From NCBI GenBank assembly GCA_002633005.1, contig NMRA01000063.1, positions 946,931 through 1,010,930 of the forward strand: 64,000 nucleotides of DNA. Direction: 5' to 3'. This DNA is from Phoronis australis. Lineage: Eukaryota; Animalia; Phoronida. The notes below the pieces were generated by a model. It made no database searches, had not been told where the DNA came from, and was given only the letters and a program-made list of their open reading frames with translations. Below are positions 25,200 through 38,388 of the stretch, piece by piece (within the stretch, counting starts at the first letter, position 1; each line of letters starts with the position of its first letter). The translations under genes and the position numbers were made by a program.

Positions 25200-25725
25200 A
25201 TTACTGGAACTATCTGGTTAGATCAATATTTCTAAAGTACTAATGGAGCTATCTGGCTAGCTCAATATTTCTAAAATATTACTGTAGCTATGTGGCTAAA
25301 TCAATATTTCTAAAGTATTACTGGAACTAACTGACTGGTTTAATATATCTAAAGTATTACTAAACCACGGGAAACTACGGCGCAAGCTCCTCGCATAGAT
25401 ATCGGTAGATAGGCATATCTATTGGTTCACTTTTCTTTCATATAATAAAGATAATGGTAAGTATTTATCAGTAACCGGCTGATGGCCGCCTAAGACGCTA
25501 TATCCGCGCGACCTGTATTGTTATATCCAACGAAGACGCAACAAAGGAAAACAATGGAAGCGTTCCGTAGGCGATAACCATGCGACACGCTTACGCCCGT
25601 CGCATGGATCTTGCAAGTTAAACAATAGCTTGCGAAATCCATACATGTACGACATCATTTGTTAAGGGCAAACTATCTGGCTAGCTAAATATATCTTAAG
25701 TATTACTGGGGCTATCTGGTTAGTT
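25200..25725. repeat. ~39-bp minisatellite, interrupted at ~25362-25670
   Basis: TTACTGGA(A/G)CTATCTGGCTAG.TCAATATTTCTAAAGTA units. Confidence 0.75.
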
Positions 25726-26081
25726 CACTACAACTAAAACACCAAAAATCCGTTGAAGAAAGGCTTAATAATAATACGGAAACCCAACAAGATAGCAGTT
25801 CAGTATCATCTCTGTAACAAAATGATGTCGCTACAGTAGAACGGTCTCGTTGGAAAGAAGAGCAATAGATGTCACTTTCTTTATCGTATCCAAGCAAATT
25901 TCGTAACAAGTTGGTGTAACTAAGTGCAGTCGATATCAAATGCAATTCAAAGTAATACAATGAGAATTATTGGACTATATAAACCACAATTATTGTAAAA
26001 AAAGACGTCTACCAACACAGTACAACTTTAGAACAGTTGAACGAAGAAAATCGTTATGAAGTTATCTTCCAGTTTTATCTA

Positions 26082-26667
26082 AAGCTCAGCGCACACAATA
26101 CGATTTGTCATGGTGAGTGCCGGATCACGAAAGCTTGACGACAAAATTGTAAGTTGTCAGGAAATATCAAACATAATCTAAAGCTGAATAGTTTGGCTGA
26201 AAAGGCGTGAATCGATTTCGTCTATTCGAATCCTACCACGGTAACGAGTATTATGAGACCGAGAGTAAAAAACCTAATTTGATTTACGTTTTTAGCCAAC
26301 CACACGGGGCGAAATGGAGCTTTAATAGAAAGACCTCTTGTCGAGTCTAATAGTATCGTGCGTGCTTGATGCCGATTATTTGTCTAGCCCGAGTTCAAAT
26401 CAATAAATAAGATATCTGATATGACGGAAAAAAATGAAAGCTGAAACATGGCAGCAAATGAAACTCTATCTGAACATGACAGCCATGCACTAAGTGATAT
26501 GCTAGCTCCTAATCCAAGTAAGTGAATAGTATGGCAACTGTACGCGAAGCCGCTGCGAGGCGCCATAGTCAAGGTGAACATGGCTTGGTGTGCGTTGATT
26601 CACCTGGCGCGACAAAGAAAAATCGCGAGACCTTTCGACAAAACTGTATCCTGTGACCTAGCCTTTA
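26082..26667. mobile_element. PIF/Harbinger-like MITE with a nested fragment related to 35745-36018
   Basis: TAAAGCTCAGCGCACACAATACGATTTGTC versus GACAAAACTGTATCCTGTGACCTAGCCTTTA. Confidence 0.4.
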
Positions 26668-27630
26668 GCACTGCAAGTGAAGCCCGAACAAGCAATATTC
26701 ATAGCGTATCTTGAGATGCCATTTAATCTGTCAAAAACACCTTAAGATCCCGTGGCTCTATTTCCGATGTTGACTTTTTACACGGTCTTTTAGTTTAATT
26801 TAGTTTTAAATTATCAGGTGTCTTTAACAAAAGCCATTCTTTTGAAGACTGTCCCTCAGTTTACGCGAACACTATCTTACATTTCAATAAAGCCCTCGCT
26901 CGTGTGTCGCATTACCTTTGTAATTTAATGTAACTTAACACGAAAAGCCTTGAAGCTATTAACATTTTACAGCGACAACATATAACACAAACGTACAAGT
27001 ATTACACTTCTGAAACTAGAACATAAAATAGTAAAACGATACGAGTTTTATTGAGAAATCAAATACTTTTATGACGTCTTAATATTTCAAGTTGGTCTTT
27101 TTAGAGGGAATTCGATCTCAATTTAAATTGTTTTAATGAATCGGCCCGGAAGAAGGTTGTAAAATATGAAAACATGTACTAAGACTGAGAAGGGCAGCAA
27201 ATCGACAGACAAAAATACGACTTTATGTTGGCTGACACAAGGATGTCAAAAGTACAATTACCGGCACGCAATCCGTCGACTGACTTTAGAGCAAGGTTTA
27301 GATAAGTGTCCAGCAGGGGTGCCACGGAGAAACAGTTATCAGGTACAACTGAAATTTCTTTGTGGTAAAATTTGAAATTTTACATAGGATTCATGAACAA
27401 ACGTGTTTATATTAACACAACTGCAAGGCGCTCTTGGACCAGTGATGATAGCATGGCCTCTACTTCACTACCGGCGAATCTTGTCGACCACAGCAGCTAG
27501 AAAAGTGAACTAAAACTACTTCATAAGTTGGAAAGTTCAGTGAACAGTCAACCTGTCATACTGCTAGAATGACGTGTTTGGTCGTGTTTCCCGAGCCATT
27601 TTTCTACACAAATTAGTTAAAAATACTTAC

Positions 27631-27701
27631 TTGCCAGCCTAGGTCACGAAAACTGACGTACAGCGTTTTTCGTTGGCAATGACGCAAGGTGTACCTCTGA
27701 C
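27631..27701 (-). CDS. BMP5-8: BMP5-8 coding exon 5 (start of TGF-beta domain; not in the ORF track)
   Basis: SQRYTLRHCQRKTLYVSFRDLGWQ; tatcttag acceptor, GTAAGT donor; 71 nt. Confidence 0.95.
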
Positions 27702-27931
27702 CTAAGATAAGAAAAGAAAATTAATAAGATGCGATAGCGAAGAATATTGTCAAGACTTGTTTAGTCAACATGTTTTGATTGAACGCGAACTCAAAACACT
27801 TCGAAACCAAAAAGCAAAAAAGTCCCTACCATTTCATAAAGTCGTGTACTCCATGAAAACAATTGCTATAGGCATGGACTTGATCAATCGCCAATGAGGA
27901 TAAAGAATGTATACAAAACTGACAGACGTAC

Positions 27932-28126
27932 TATGGGATTCGAGAGCGTAACTATCTTCTCTGTTCCTTTTGGGTTTTCTTTTACTCTTTTTACGCTTTT
28001 TCTTGGCGGCTCGGGTTGTTCTCGAATGAATCACTGCCTGCTTGAAGAAACCCAACATGAACGGCCGCTTCACTTCCGGCGCCTTCATTCCGTAAATTTC
28101 AACATGACGGGGACTAATCTCTTTAC
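27932..28126 (-). CDS. BMP5-8: BMP5-8 coding exon 4 (end of prodomain, furin site RTTR, basic N-terminus of mature peptide)
   Basis: ttttacag acceptor; KRPFMLGFFK..SRTTRAAKKKRKK; donor A|GTACGT gives the phase 1 needed by the next exon; 195 nt. Confidence 0.88.
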
Positions 28127-28646
28127 CTGTAAAAGAAAAGTCCGATGGGTGTTTGTCTCTCATAGACATTCATCTTACGGGCTGGTGATGTCGGGACTGA
28201 AGATTGTTCAATAATCGCACGTCATTTTTTATTGCAAAACTCATATTAATCTTAAGAACAGAAAAAAATGTAACGAGGACGAGGTGATAAGTACAGAATT
28301 CCTGAGAGACATTCCCTATTTTACAATGAAATAGCTGTTCAGGTGATGAATAAACCAAGGCAAGAAAAATGTCTAAATTTAAAAAAACTTATGAAAAACA
28401 TACCTCAGAAATGTCTGATCAGATTCAATTGAAACTTTCATACAATATATGTATTCTTCACCAGGCTGTTGATAAATTTTCATAAAAAGACTTGATCATG
28501 TGACCCGATCAATGACAGACTAGTAAAGCCAAAATCAAATTCTAAACCGTTTTTGCTTTCATGTGCTGTAGGTTTGGTTCTGAGTTAACTAAAGTTCTAT
28601 AACTTTTAAGACGCGCAAATGTACTATTACGGTTACTCGTAATAAA

Positions 28647-29320
28647 TATAGATTATTACATGGCGAAGTCGACTGAGAACATATAATAATCTATTTATAC
28701 CACATACTGAACAAGAAACATTGCAATGAATCCATCTACATTTCTCGACTCGCCTCGGCTTTGTAACTACTTTTTATGTCAGAGGCTTGGAGTCGGAGGT
28801 CGTGACCTTTTAAGAAAAGCCAAAATAGATATAAAGTGAATCTATAAATTAAGGTTTAGCAACTATTATAGCTTACTACACATTTGATTACGCTAGATCG
28901 TCTGTTAAAGTAGGTTACCACTAGTAACTGACTATAATGCTCAAGTCAAAGGATCCCGACCACACGACACCTGCATTCAAAATGGAGATCGGTGATTTAC
29001 AAGTGAGAGAACACGAGAGAAAAATTTCACTGAATTAAAATGTCGTTTTTATGGAAATTATGCGTCTTATTTTTCATAGCGTATAAATGTCGGTGCAATG
29101 CCCTTTGCTGAACATGCGATTGTTGCGCGTGCTCATTTAAGTATTCTATTTTCACGTTCGATGACGTCAGCCGCTGAGTGGTGTAGTGGTAAAGTCGGCG
29201 ACTCCTAACTGTAGAGGCCCGGGTTGGAATCCGGCCTCTGTTTCCCGCCAAAATGTTATCTCACTAGTGAGATAACTTTATGGGTTGTATCTGCCATTCG
29301 AGGCTAATATTGTGGTATAA
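28647..29320 (+). mobile_element. Same interspersed repeat, copy 2 (internally deleted)
   Basis: Colinear with 24267-25083; lacks ~100 bp between the first inverted-repeat pair. Confidence 0.8.
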
Positions 29321-29344
29321 CTTGTTTTATACCACACTATTAGC

Positions 29345-29482
29345 CTGATTTTGTGAAGCGCAATTTGGTAGAGAAAACTGATTTTGTGAAGCGCAATTTG
29401 GTAGAGAAAACTGATTTTGTGAAGCGCAATTTGGTAGAGAAACTGATTGTGTGAACCGCAATTTGGTACAGAAAACTGATTC
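29345..29482. repeat. 33-bp minisatellite (~4 copies)
   Basis: CTGATTTTGTGAAGCGCAATTTGGTAGAGAAAA. Confidence 0.92.
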
Positions 29483-30276
29483 TCAAAATGTGTGTCTTCT
29501 GTAAGTGACCAGTACTTTTCAGTGATAAAATGTGAAGAATTTTGGAACAAGTGAGCCACCACAACAATGAAATGTACAAAAACGACCTACTTGCCCATCT
29601 TGGAGTAGTGAGGTCAGGGCGAGAGGAAACAAGAACCTGATATGAATACATACATAGAACTGGTATATATCGTGGACTATAACACGCCTTTACTTGTACA
29701 AGTAACTGCGGAATTTAGTGGAACAAAACAAAGTGACCATTGAAACTGCAGTGAAATTGTTCAGCAGATATGTGTGTGATTTGTTCGTCAAGATTTTTGA
29801 ATTTCTGTTGATGTCAAAGCTTTTTTCATTTGGTTTCAAGTTTAAGAAAAAAGATCTGTCAACTGCTAGTCCCTTCGTCGACTTTTCTCTGGCAAGGCAA
29901 AGCAAGTGTCCTTATTTGGCATGGCAAGACATAGAGGTAACACAATTTCATTAAATGGAAATATGACCATAGACCTTTGATGTTAACAAAAATTGGCGAT
30001 TTCAAGTAGCCTTTGGACTTCTGTGAACGCATGCGTGCATATTTATTACTAGAGGCGGAGAATTTGAAACCTGTCTTGAAATGAAAGAGAATACATTTCG
30101 CGTGTGTTTCAAAAATAGCAAATCTGACGATTTTTTCTAGAAATTCTTGCAATATTCAAAGTGAATAACCCTCACGTTAGCATCCCTAAGGAGTAGATTC
30201 GCCACGATCTGTTTAAGAGGCATTTTTACGAGTTTTCGCATTTCTTGCCTCTTTAAGTAAAGTGAACAAACCTAAC

Positions 30277-30425
30277 CATTCATATCTGTAACAGCTAACA
30301 GTAGTCCCAAATTCTCAGACGGATTGACCTGCCAGTGAAGTCCAGCCTGGCTGATGTTGAGCACAAGCCAACCCTCAAAACTGCCATTCACCGACACCCG
30401 GTCTTCTAGCTGCGACAACTGTGGG
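30277..30425 (-). CDS. BMP5-8: BMP5-8 coding exon 3 (prodomain; not in the ORF track)
   Basis: Manual translation SPQLSQLEDRVSVNGSFEGWLVLNISQAGLHWQVNPSENLGLLLAVTDMNG matches the EGWLV..HW..NP..NLGL motif; tttttcag acceptor, GTTAGG donor; 149 nt. Confidence 0.92.
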
Positions 30426-31639
30426 CTGAAAAAGTTTAGGACATCAATTTAGTTAAAATAATTCAAAATATCAATAAAGATTCTTAAACGTAACTTCTTC
30501 AAACTACTTTAGGTTATTCGTAATCATTCCTTTTCCTAACTAATTTCATACACTGAAGCACAGCGTAACCAGTTACTTGGTTTTGTATTTTAATGTACTC
30601 GTGTCCAAGATTAAATATATGCAACGTTGAAATCTGGAGACAATGGCTTAGCACTTAAAGGTGAACTAAACAGTTTTGAGGACGTCTTTGGTCAATTTGA
30701 CGTATTTCGCTTACTTGAAAGGTATTTTGAACCATATTAGTCGATTTTTATGGAAAGGTAAATCAACAGAATATTGAGGTCGCAGAATGTCAAACGTGTA
30801 TGTCTGAACTACTGAATTGTTGTGTAAGCGTTATTATCTGTTTTGGCATCATTGTGCAACTCGAATAGTAAATTGTTATGCACCGGAAGTAGGACTGCAA
30901 ATCGGCAGTTATCAAACCGGAAATGCAAGATCACACAGCTTACGCAGATTAGCTGACATTGTCGGAACTTGCTTAATACGTCACACTTCCGGTTTGAGGA
31001 TCTCTAATTTTCATGAATTTCAGTTTTATGGAAACCAACTAAAAAGTTTCAAAATGCCTTTTATAGAAAGCAGTGTCGTCGGTTTTATGGTCTACTCTGC
31101 CCCGTGATCCTTAACAGAATTTTCCGCCCCTCAACCAACACGCATGTACAACACTAGAGAGGGAAAATTCAAACAACCGTAAATCGAATGATGACCCCAG
31201 TAAGTTCAAAACAAACGCTTATTATTTGCGAAATGCCAGTGAAATATTCGTTTGCACAGAAGGGTCGAAATACTGTGACATTTTATACGCAAATTTCAGT
31301 GAACGTTCTTACAGAAAGAAGAAAGCGTTGTGGTTTTAAAACTATTGCAAATATTCTAAATGAGTTCACATGTTTCAATTATACCTTTGAGTTCTAAATT
31401 ATAACAAATTGTGATGTTTGCAAACTCTATACATTTCCAATTTGCGGTCTTCTAACGCACAGAACAGCACAGAAAACGTATGCTATTTTTTCATGAGTAT
31501 CATTCTTTGCAATGACATGGAGCTCGAAGAATTAAAGGCAAATGCTCCATTTTATAATTGTGCAAATATATATACAAGTGGAAGTATTTCCAACATTCCC
31601 GTCACATTTTAAGCCTAAATCAGTCAACAGGACGTATAC

Positions 31640-31826
31640 CTGGTGCCAGCTGAAGGAAGTATGCGAAATATTTCAACATCAAACAATTGTGAAGTGTACT
31701 TCTTCCGGTCGGTCGGTACCTTGTAAAGCCTAAGCTCAGCTCCTGTGATCTCTTCGTCCGGAGCGACATCTCGGAAGTCAAAAAATAATTTCCTTTCCTT
31801 TTGATGATGACGGTCACCCTTACCAG
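31640..31826 (-). CDS. BMP5-8: BMP5-8 coding exon 2 (prodomain)
   Basis: tttttcag acceptor; LFFDFRDVAPDEEITGAELRLYK; ends AG|GTATAC (phase 2); 187 nt. Confidence 0.92.
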
Positions 31827-34352
31827 CTGAAAAAATTAAAAGATGGCTCATTATCATTAAACACAAAACAAAACCCAGAGCTGGAAGATAGAAAGTGGTG
31901 CGAAAACGTTGGCGTAAGCACAAAATACGCATGGGTTTAGTTTGATGCCTGTCTAGGTGAGGTCTCGCTTGGTCGTTCAAGACGCCAGTCGGTTACGATT
32001 AGAAAATATCGGTTGTTTTCAATGAAATACACTTTTAATTACATGTTTAGTCACTTTTCTAAGTGGGGGAACAACACAGCTGTTGCGTTCGTGAACACAC
32101 ATGTAGTTGCTCACTCATAAACGCGTTTCACGGACCTATTAAATTTAGTTCAACGTCTGAACTCACACGCACCCACGCACCCACACACCCACATACGACT
32201 CATTGTCCGCTATACAGTGCTACGGGCTCCCAAAACAAGGCACCCCAAAAACATACTTCACCTACCCTCGTGCCCGGACACGGTGCACGCACAACATATC
32301 CACGTGCCGTGTTACGCGATCAGTGAGCCGCGTTAATGAATCAGGGGCAGTTTTTGACCTGCGGGGGTTGAGCGAGCAGCCACGCGAGTCCGACAAAATG
32401 CTTGGCGGTCGGTGAACCCAGTTTGTGAATCCGTGAACTGACTTTACCGGGCCCATGAGGCGTGTTTACAAATGAGGAACTATTCATAGATACGGCAGAT
32501 GTACTGTATCCATCTCCTCTTTTCTTCACCTTTATTACAACATGGGCTCCAATAATCTATTTTATGAACATTGTGCATTTCGCCTGCGTTTAGCGGTCAA
32601 TGCTGAATTCTTAGCCGAATCGCTTTGGGATTGGACAAACCCAAGGAACTTAGAAGGTTTTCTTGAGTCGCTGATCGATTCTATGTTCTTGCTGGTAATG
32701 CAAATAGAATCCTATCACGGTAAAGCATATCAAGAGAACGATATTATGTGTGAAAACCCAAATGCACCTAAGCTCACAAATAAATGAACAAAGAAATATA
32801 ATGCGATAATCTGTTGAGACAACTGTCTAAGAAAGAAACAATGACTTTCAAAGATCAAGTTTTGTAATAAAATGTGCAACGCGCTTCTCGAACTGCAAAT
32901 GCCGTTTTTACTTTCCGTGCTAATTACAGACCACTCTTCCACCAGACGTGATTAACGTGACGTGATAAGCGAACGCGAGCGCACACCGCGTAGAATTCTC
33001 AGATTTTTATTGCAGCACTCGAGCAGACCACCCGTGCATATTCGTACTCAGATAAATTTTAACATCTGTAACTCTACAGGAGCCGTGCAAGCACCAATTA
33101 ACGAGAAGCAAACAATCACTTCGATCGCTTTTACCAAAGTACTTCTTTGAACCAATGTGTGAACCTTCCTACCCACCAATTCAAACCCCACGACTTGGCG
33201 TTTGAAATGCGAAAATTGTTTTTAAATATCGAGGATAATTGGCACAGGTGTGACTGTAGCGGGCCTGATTAACACTGACACAGACGACCAGCGTCAGCCA
33301 ACCCATCTACACGTATTCAGCAAATACCTTCGAATATGACCACGAGTAAAAACCCGATGCCACCAACCAAAAGCACCGATGCAGGTTTATTGGCAATGGA
33401 AAATCGATAATAAAATATTGGGGCCAGGAAAAAATACTTAATTGAAAACTAAAACGTGCTAGTCCACAAAGGAACAAGTGACATGAACAACTCAATCCAA
33501 CTATTTACAACTTCCACAAACAGAATTCCATGATTTAACACTTGAACAGGTTGTACTGTTATTTCTGTATCCAGTTCAATGGCGGCTTGTGCTCACCAAA
33601 GTGTTTATTTCTACTCTATTCTTCGAAATCCTAACAACGGGAAAGACTATCATAACGTGGGACCAGACACGTTCGTGATTTCAAGCAACAGGTTTCAAAC
33701 AAAAAGTCTTTATTTTGAAAACAAACGGTGGATAATTACTAAAATACTTTGAGGAAAACAAGTTACTGTCAAGAAATGTTGGCTTTGAAATCGTAGACGC
33801 TTGAAAAGAGTCGGCTGGCACGTTAATTCGCCGATGATGAATTTTCGTTTCGTTTGTTTCTTCAACTTTGTTTTTAAATACTACTCGTACCAGAAGATCA
33901 CGAAAATACGATCTTTTACGACTCGCTAGTTAAAAATGTGACCAGATATCAGTAGCATAAAGGATAAAAATAACCCAAATTTAAAGTGGTGCTAGGCTAC
34001 TGTAGATAATCATCATATAACGAGCAGACAAAACAGCCGTCTCTTTGAACCTATAGTGTTTCCTTTAATAATTTAATTTAATTTACAACCGTTGGTCAGT
34101 TATACCAACCACTAAGTGTACAGTAACAATGTTGACTAATTGATGAGAATGGAATAGTATTTTAAACCACGGAGTCAAGCAAGCACGCTTGTACTTAGTT
34201 GAGTAATCAGTCGTGTATCAACAAAATCACGAAACCGGGTTTTGTTTATTTTCTGGTGGAGTTGAACAGTCTATGCCTGTAAGCGTTGCAAAAAGGTATT
34301 TCTAAAGCGTAAGACGTATTTCGGGATTTCATGCACTACGAAGCCTAGCCAA

Positions 34353-34702
34353 AAAGTCCAATGTTCGACTACAATATACAAGTCCAATGTTCGACTACAA
34401 TATAAATCCAATGTTCGGCTAAAATGTAAGTCCAATGCTCGACTATAATATAAGTTCAATGTTCTACTAAATTATACGAGTCCAATGTTCGATTATAATA
34501 AAACTCCAATGTTCGAATATAAAGTAAGTCCAATGGTCGACTAAAATATGCAAGTCTAATGCTCGACTGTAATATAAGTCCAATGTTCCACTATAACGTA
34601 AATCTAATGTTCGACTACAATATAAGCCCAATGTTCGATTAAAATATAAGTCCAATGTCGACTAAAATATATAAGTCCGAAGTTCGACTATAATATAAGT
34701 CG
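34353..34702. repeat. 24-bp minisatellite (~14 diverged copies)
   Basis: AAGTCCAATGTTCGACTA(C/T)AATAT. Confidence 0.9.
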
Positions 34703-35744
34703 ATATGCCTACAGTTCTTACACTTGTGTTATAATATAAAGTGCAATAACTGTAATCATACCGAACTTAACATAAAATCCTCCATTTCAGCTGAATTGTC
34801 AAACTGTGCCCGTCTCGAAGGTGACATCATGTCACATGTTGCACAATGGCGAAGGCAACATTGATCGCCCGAAATCCATACACTACGTTATTCCCATACA
34901 ACATGAACATTGATGCTTTTTTCCTTTCTTTTTTCGTCTGTTATGAGACTGTCATGTTTTTCCCGCTATGAGCTACTGGCATCGTCTGCTGGCTTTGTTA
35001 AGGAGATTGGTTTCAGCCGCGTGATTGTCAGACCGCGAATAGCGACATCTGATGTCCAGGCGGCTTGTGATATTCCGCGACAGTGAGTCAACTTTACCTC
35101 ATAACGGAAGTTATCGTACGGTGTTCAAGCAATCAGAAGACAGAAGTATCAGAGGTCGTAACAACATACACATAAAATCCTGAAGGGTGATATCAGGGTG
35201 TTAATAGGTCTCATGGATCGAGGGGGAACAATATTATGTACAATTGTAAATAATGTTATTTTCTTGAAATTGTATTCATCTTATGATAAGAAAGTTTTTT
35301 ATAACTGCTGGCGTAGCAAAAATCATAAACCTTAACAAAACAAGACAAAGATGAAAGATACCTTGCTTGGTCTGGTAAGCCTTTCTTCTTGCAGTTTTGA
35401 TACTGAACATGGCACGCGGGTGTTTATGTTTGCTGGGTCGCCGCTTGAATAAATGTTTAAACTTTGGACTGAGGATAAGAAAACATAGCATGTCCCCTGG
35501 TAGTGTACTGTCACATTATGCCATTTGGAAACTGACTATAAAAGGGGTAGTGATGTGTAAATGCCACATTTTGAAGATTGCTGAAATGATATATCATTCA
35601 GCTAACTCGCTATTTTCAAAAGGGTTGCGACGTTCACAACGGAAGCTGAGCGTCAGTATCGCAAGTAAAAGATTATACTTTCATTTCTGTTTGAGGTGAT
35701 AATTGTTTTCTTACCGCGGATTAAACTAGGATATTGAACAAAAC

Positions 35745-36018
35745 ATTTCGCCCTGTTTAGCTTACGAAAAACGAAAATCGAATCACACCCATAATCGTGA
35801 TAGGATTCCGTTTTCCGTTACCAATTCAAGTCACACTCGATTTCACGATTTCAGGGTTGGCAATCGCAATAAACAAGCGTGTTCTTGAGGAACTGATGGT
35901 TTCGACGTTCTTATTAGTGACGGAAATAGAATCCTGTCACGGTATATTATGAGACCGATTTTATGAGAGTAAAAGGCCTAACTGTTTTCGTTTTTAACCA
36001 ACTAAACAGGGCGAAATA
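35745..36018. mobile_element. Palindromic MITE
   Basis: ATTTCGCCCTGTTTAG.T...AAAAACGAAAA versus TTTTCGTTTTT....ACTAAACAGGGCGAAAT; related partial copy at ~26230-26320. Confidence 0.7.
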
Positions 36019-36523
36019 CAGCTGTGAAAACCAATGGACAGTAGAATTCATGTTTATTTAATTTTGATTTCTTTGCACTGAAAACGCAAACGGCTCACTA
36101 ATGAGGTTTATGTATAGTGGGAATGATCAAAGAGACAGTGTATTCTTCGATATGCAGCCATCGATTCAGACAATATGAGGAGCTATGTTTCAATCAGTCA
36201 GCAGTTGTTCAAGCGTACAATAAATGCTGACTAGCAAAAGTTTATAGAAGACGATTCAATCAATCTTCTATTAGTATTCCTAGAACACAGGATATTACCA
36301 ATGCCATAAAAGGAGTTACTTTCCGATAAAGTCGCCTCAACTTCCATAGGCAAGTTGCAATCAACCATATACTATCAAGAAAGTTGCACGATAGATAAAC
36401 GGAAATATTGAAGAAAAAAATGTAAACAATGAAACATCAGACAGTAGCATTCGGGGAAAATTCACACTAGAAGGTCTTAGTCTCGGTCACAGCAACGGTA
36501 AAACACCTTTTGCCTCGTTGTTG

Positions 36524-36602
36524 ACGGGGCGACTGTCAGGCACGGGGAGACTGTCAGGCAAGGGGAGACTGTCAGGCACGGGGAGACTGTCAGGCACGGG
36601 GA
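36524..36602. repeat. 18-bp minisatellite (~4 copies)
   Basis: GGGGAGACTGTCAGGCAC. Confidence 0.92.
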
Positions 36603-38388
36603 AGGTAATTAAGGATGGATTAACAGTGAGCATTCTAAGAACAGAACAAAGAGAGCTTGTGTTCAGCGATCAACAGCAACAATGTAACTGTGACCCAAAG
36701 GGACAAAGACTATAGCAAGTGATAATCCCGACGAGTCCTCACTTTGACATAGTGATGATTACAAAAATGTTGACTGAAGCTCACTGAGAGGCAAAATAAA
36801 AATACAGTGTCTATTGACCTGATAATCGGAAAGCAACTGCACCGAGTTGTCTTAAATCGTGAATTTGTTTATCGTTTCAACTTGTGTTTGACGTTTTGTG
36901 AGTGGAAGCGCAATAAATAGGATGCGTGCTTCCAGTTTCAATGAGACTGCAGGTGTTATCGTGTAAATAAGTCTTGTATACCACGCAAATAGCTTAATTC
37001 TCCGTGAAGCCAATGTTGGGATATAATCGCTCGGATGGAATTACTTCGGACGTGTGTAGTATTCTAAACAACCATTTGATACTCTCAGCCGATATGCCGC
37101 CTCAGTCGAGGCCTCAGTACACTGGGCTTTACAAAAAGTCTGAAAACATGCGATGGACATTTCGGTTACGTACACATCTCCTCCAACATCGATCTTTCCA
37201 TAAAAGTATCCGCAAGAAAAAGTAGAACTTACAGCACGAGACAGAGAGAAACTGAAAAAAGCATTAATAAACCAGTTATAATTATTGCCAGTTATTTTGT
37301 GGAGCAAATTGATTAGAACTCAAAACACAGGGCCACTAAGAGACGTTCTTCATAGAAGATATACAGGACGTGCCACCAGAAAGGGTGGTGGGCTGATGAC
37401 ATTCTCACGACCAGTTTTCTAACAAAAGGGTGCCTTTTCAGACAAAATTCCCCGTGGACTCACTTTGGGATTTCGGAACTGTACAGAACTTGCTTTTTTT
37501 CAACAACACTAAGTTATAGAAGGGTGTTCAATAGTAGCTTTATTTTATAAACACAACGTTTGTTACAAATGATGTAATCAGTCTGGACAATATTAAAATT
37601 CTTCTTTTACGGTTTCATGGCTTATGTGTTGAAAATTCGCTGAACAAACTAGACTGACTCCTAGAAACGGGAGGTGTTTCCCGAACAAAACTGTACGAAA
37701 GAGTGACGTTTCTTGAAATCTCTCTACAAATGCGACCATTTTACCCAGCCCATTCTAACAAGAGATGGGTATACTAATCCAGCTGCACCCTTGTCAACAA
37801 TAGTCCCACCCCTCCAGTAAAAGTAAATGTAGAAAACGTAGAAAAATCATGATCTGGAACTCTAAGAGCTTAAAGGTACTGAACAAACGATTGTGCAAGG
37901 CTTCATGGCAGACACGTTTCAGTAAAAAACTTAATGCTTCGCTTGTGGCTCTTCGCAAAGATAATGTCCATTGATGAAATTAGTCAATTTCCGGTTTGGC
38001 AGCTTGCTTTATTAACAAACGGTTAAGATTTAACCACTTCAAATGGTGATAAAGGTTTAGACACTGCATCTAGTTAAAATAATCAACTGGTGTTCAGTAG
38101 AGTTGACCACCCGTCTCACTGCACAAATCAAAAAATTTACCTGTCCAGAGGCGTCCTAAAAACACAATCGTGAACTCGTCAAAATGTCCTGTGATACACC
38201 TTTAGTCGAAATGGTTTTGATACATTAACGAATAATAGCAACGTAGCTGTAAGTTTGTTTATACGTTACAGCAGCACCTCAAACCAATAAGTTAGATTCC
38301 TGCTTGAGATATTTTGAAATAGACAGCTCGCAATGATATGCGTACCGCAGTCACAAGTGAAATATCTGCAAATCCGAAATGTACTCAC

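Noticed and set aside
30655-31200. TTAAAGGTGAAC start as a further Kolobok element
   Set aside because: No convincing matching right terminus found within the intron.
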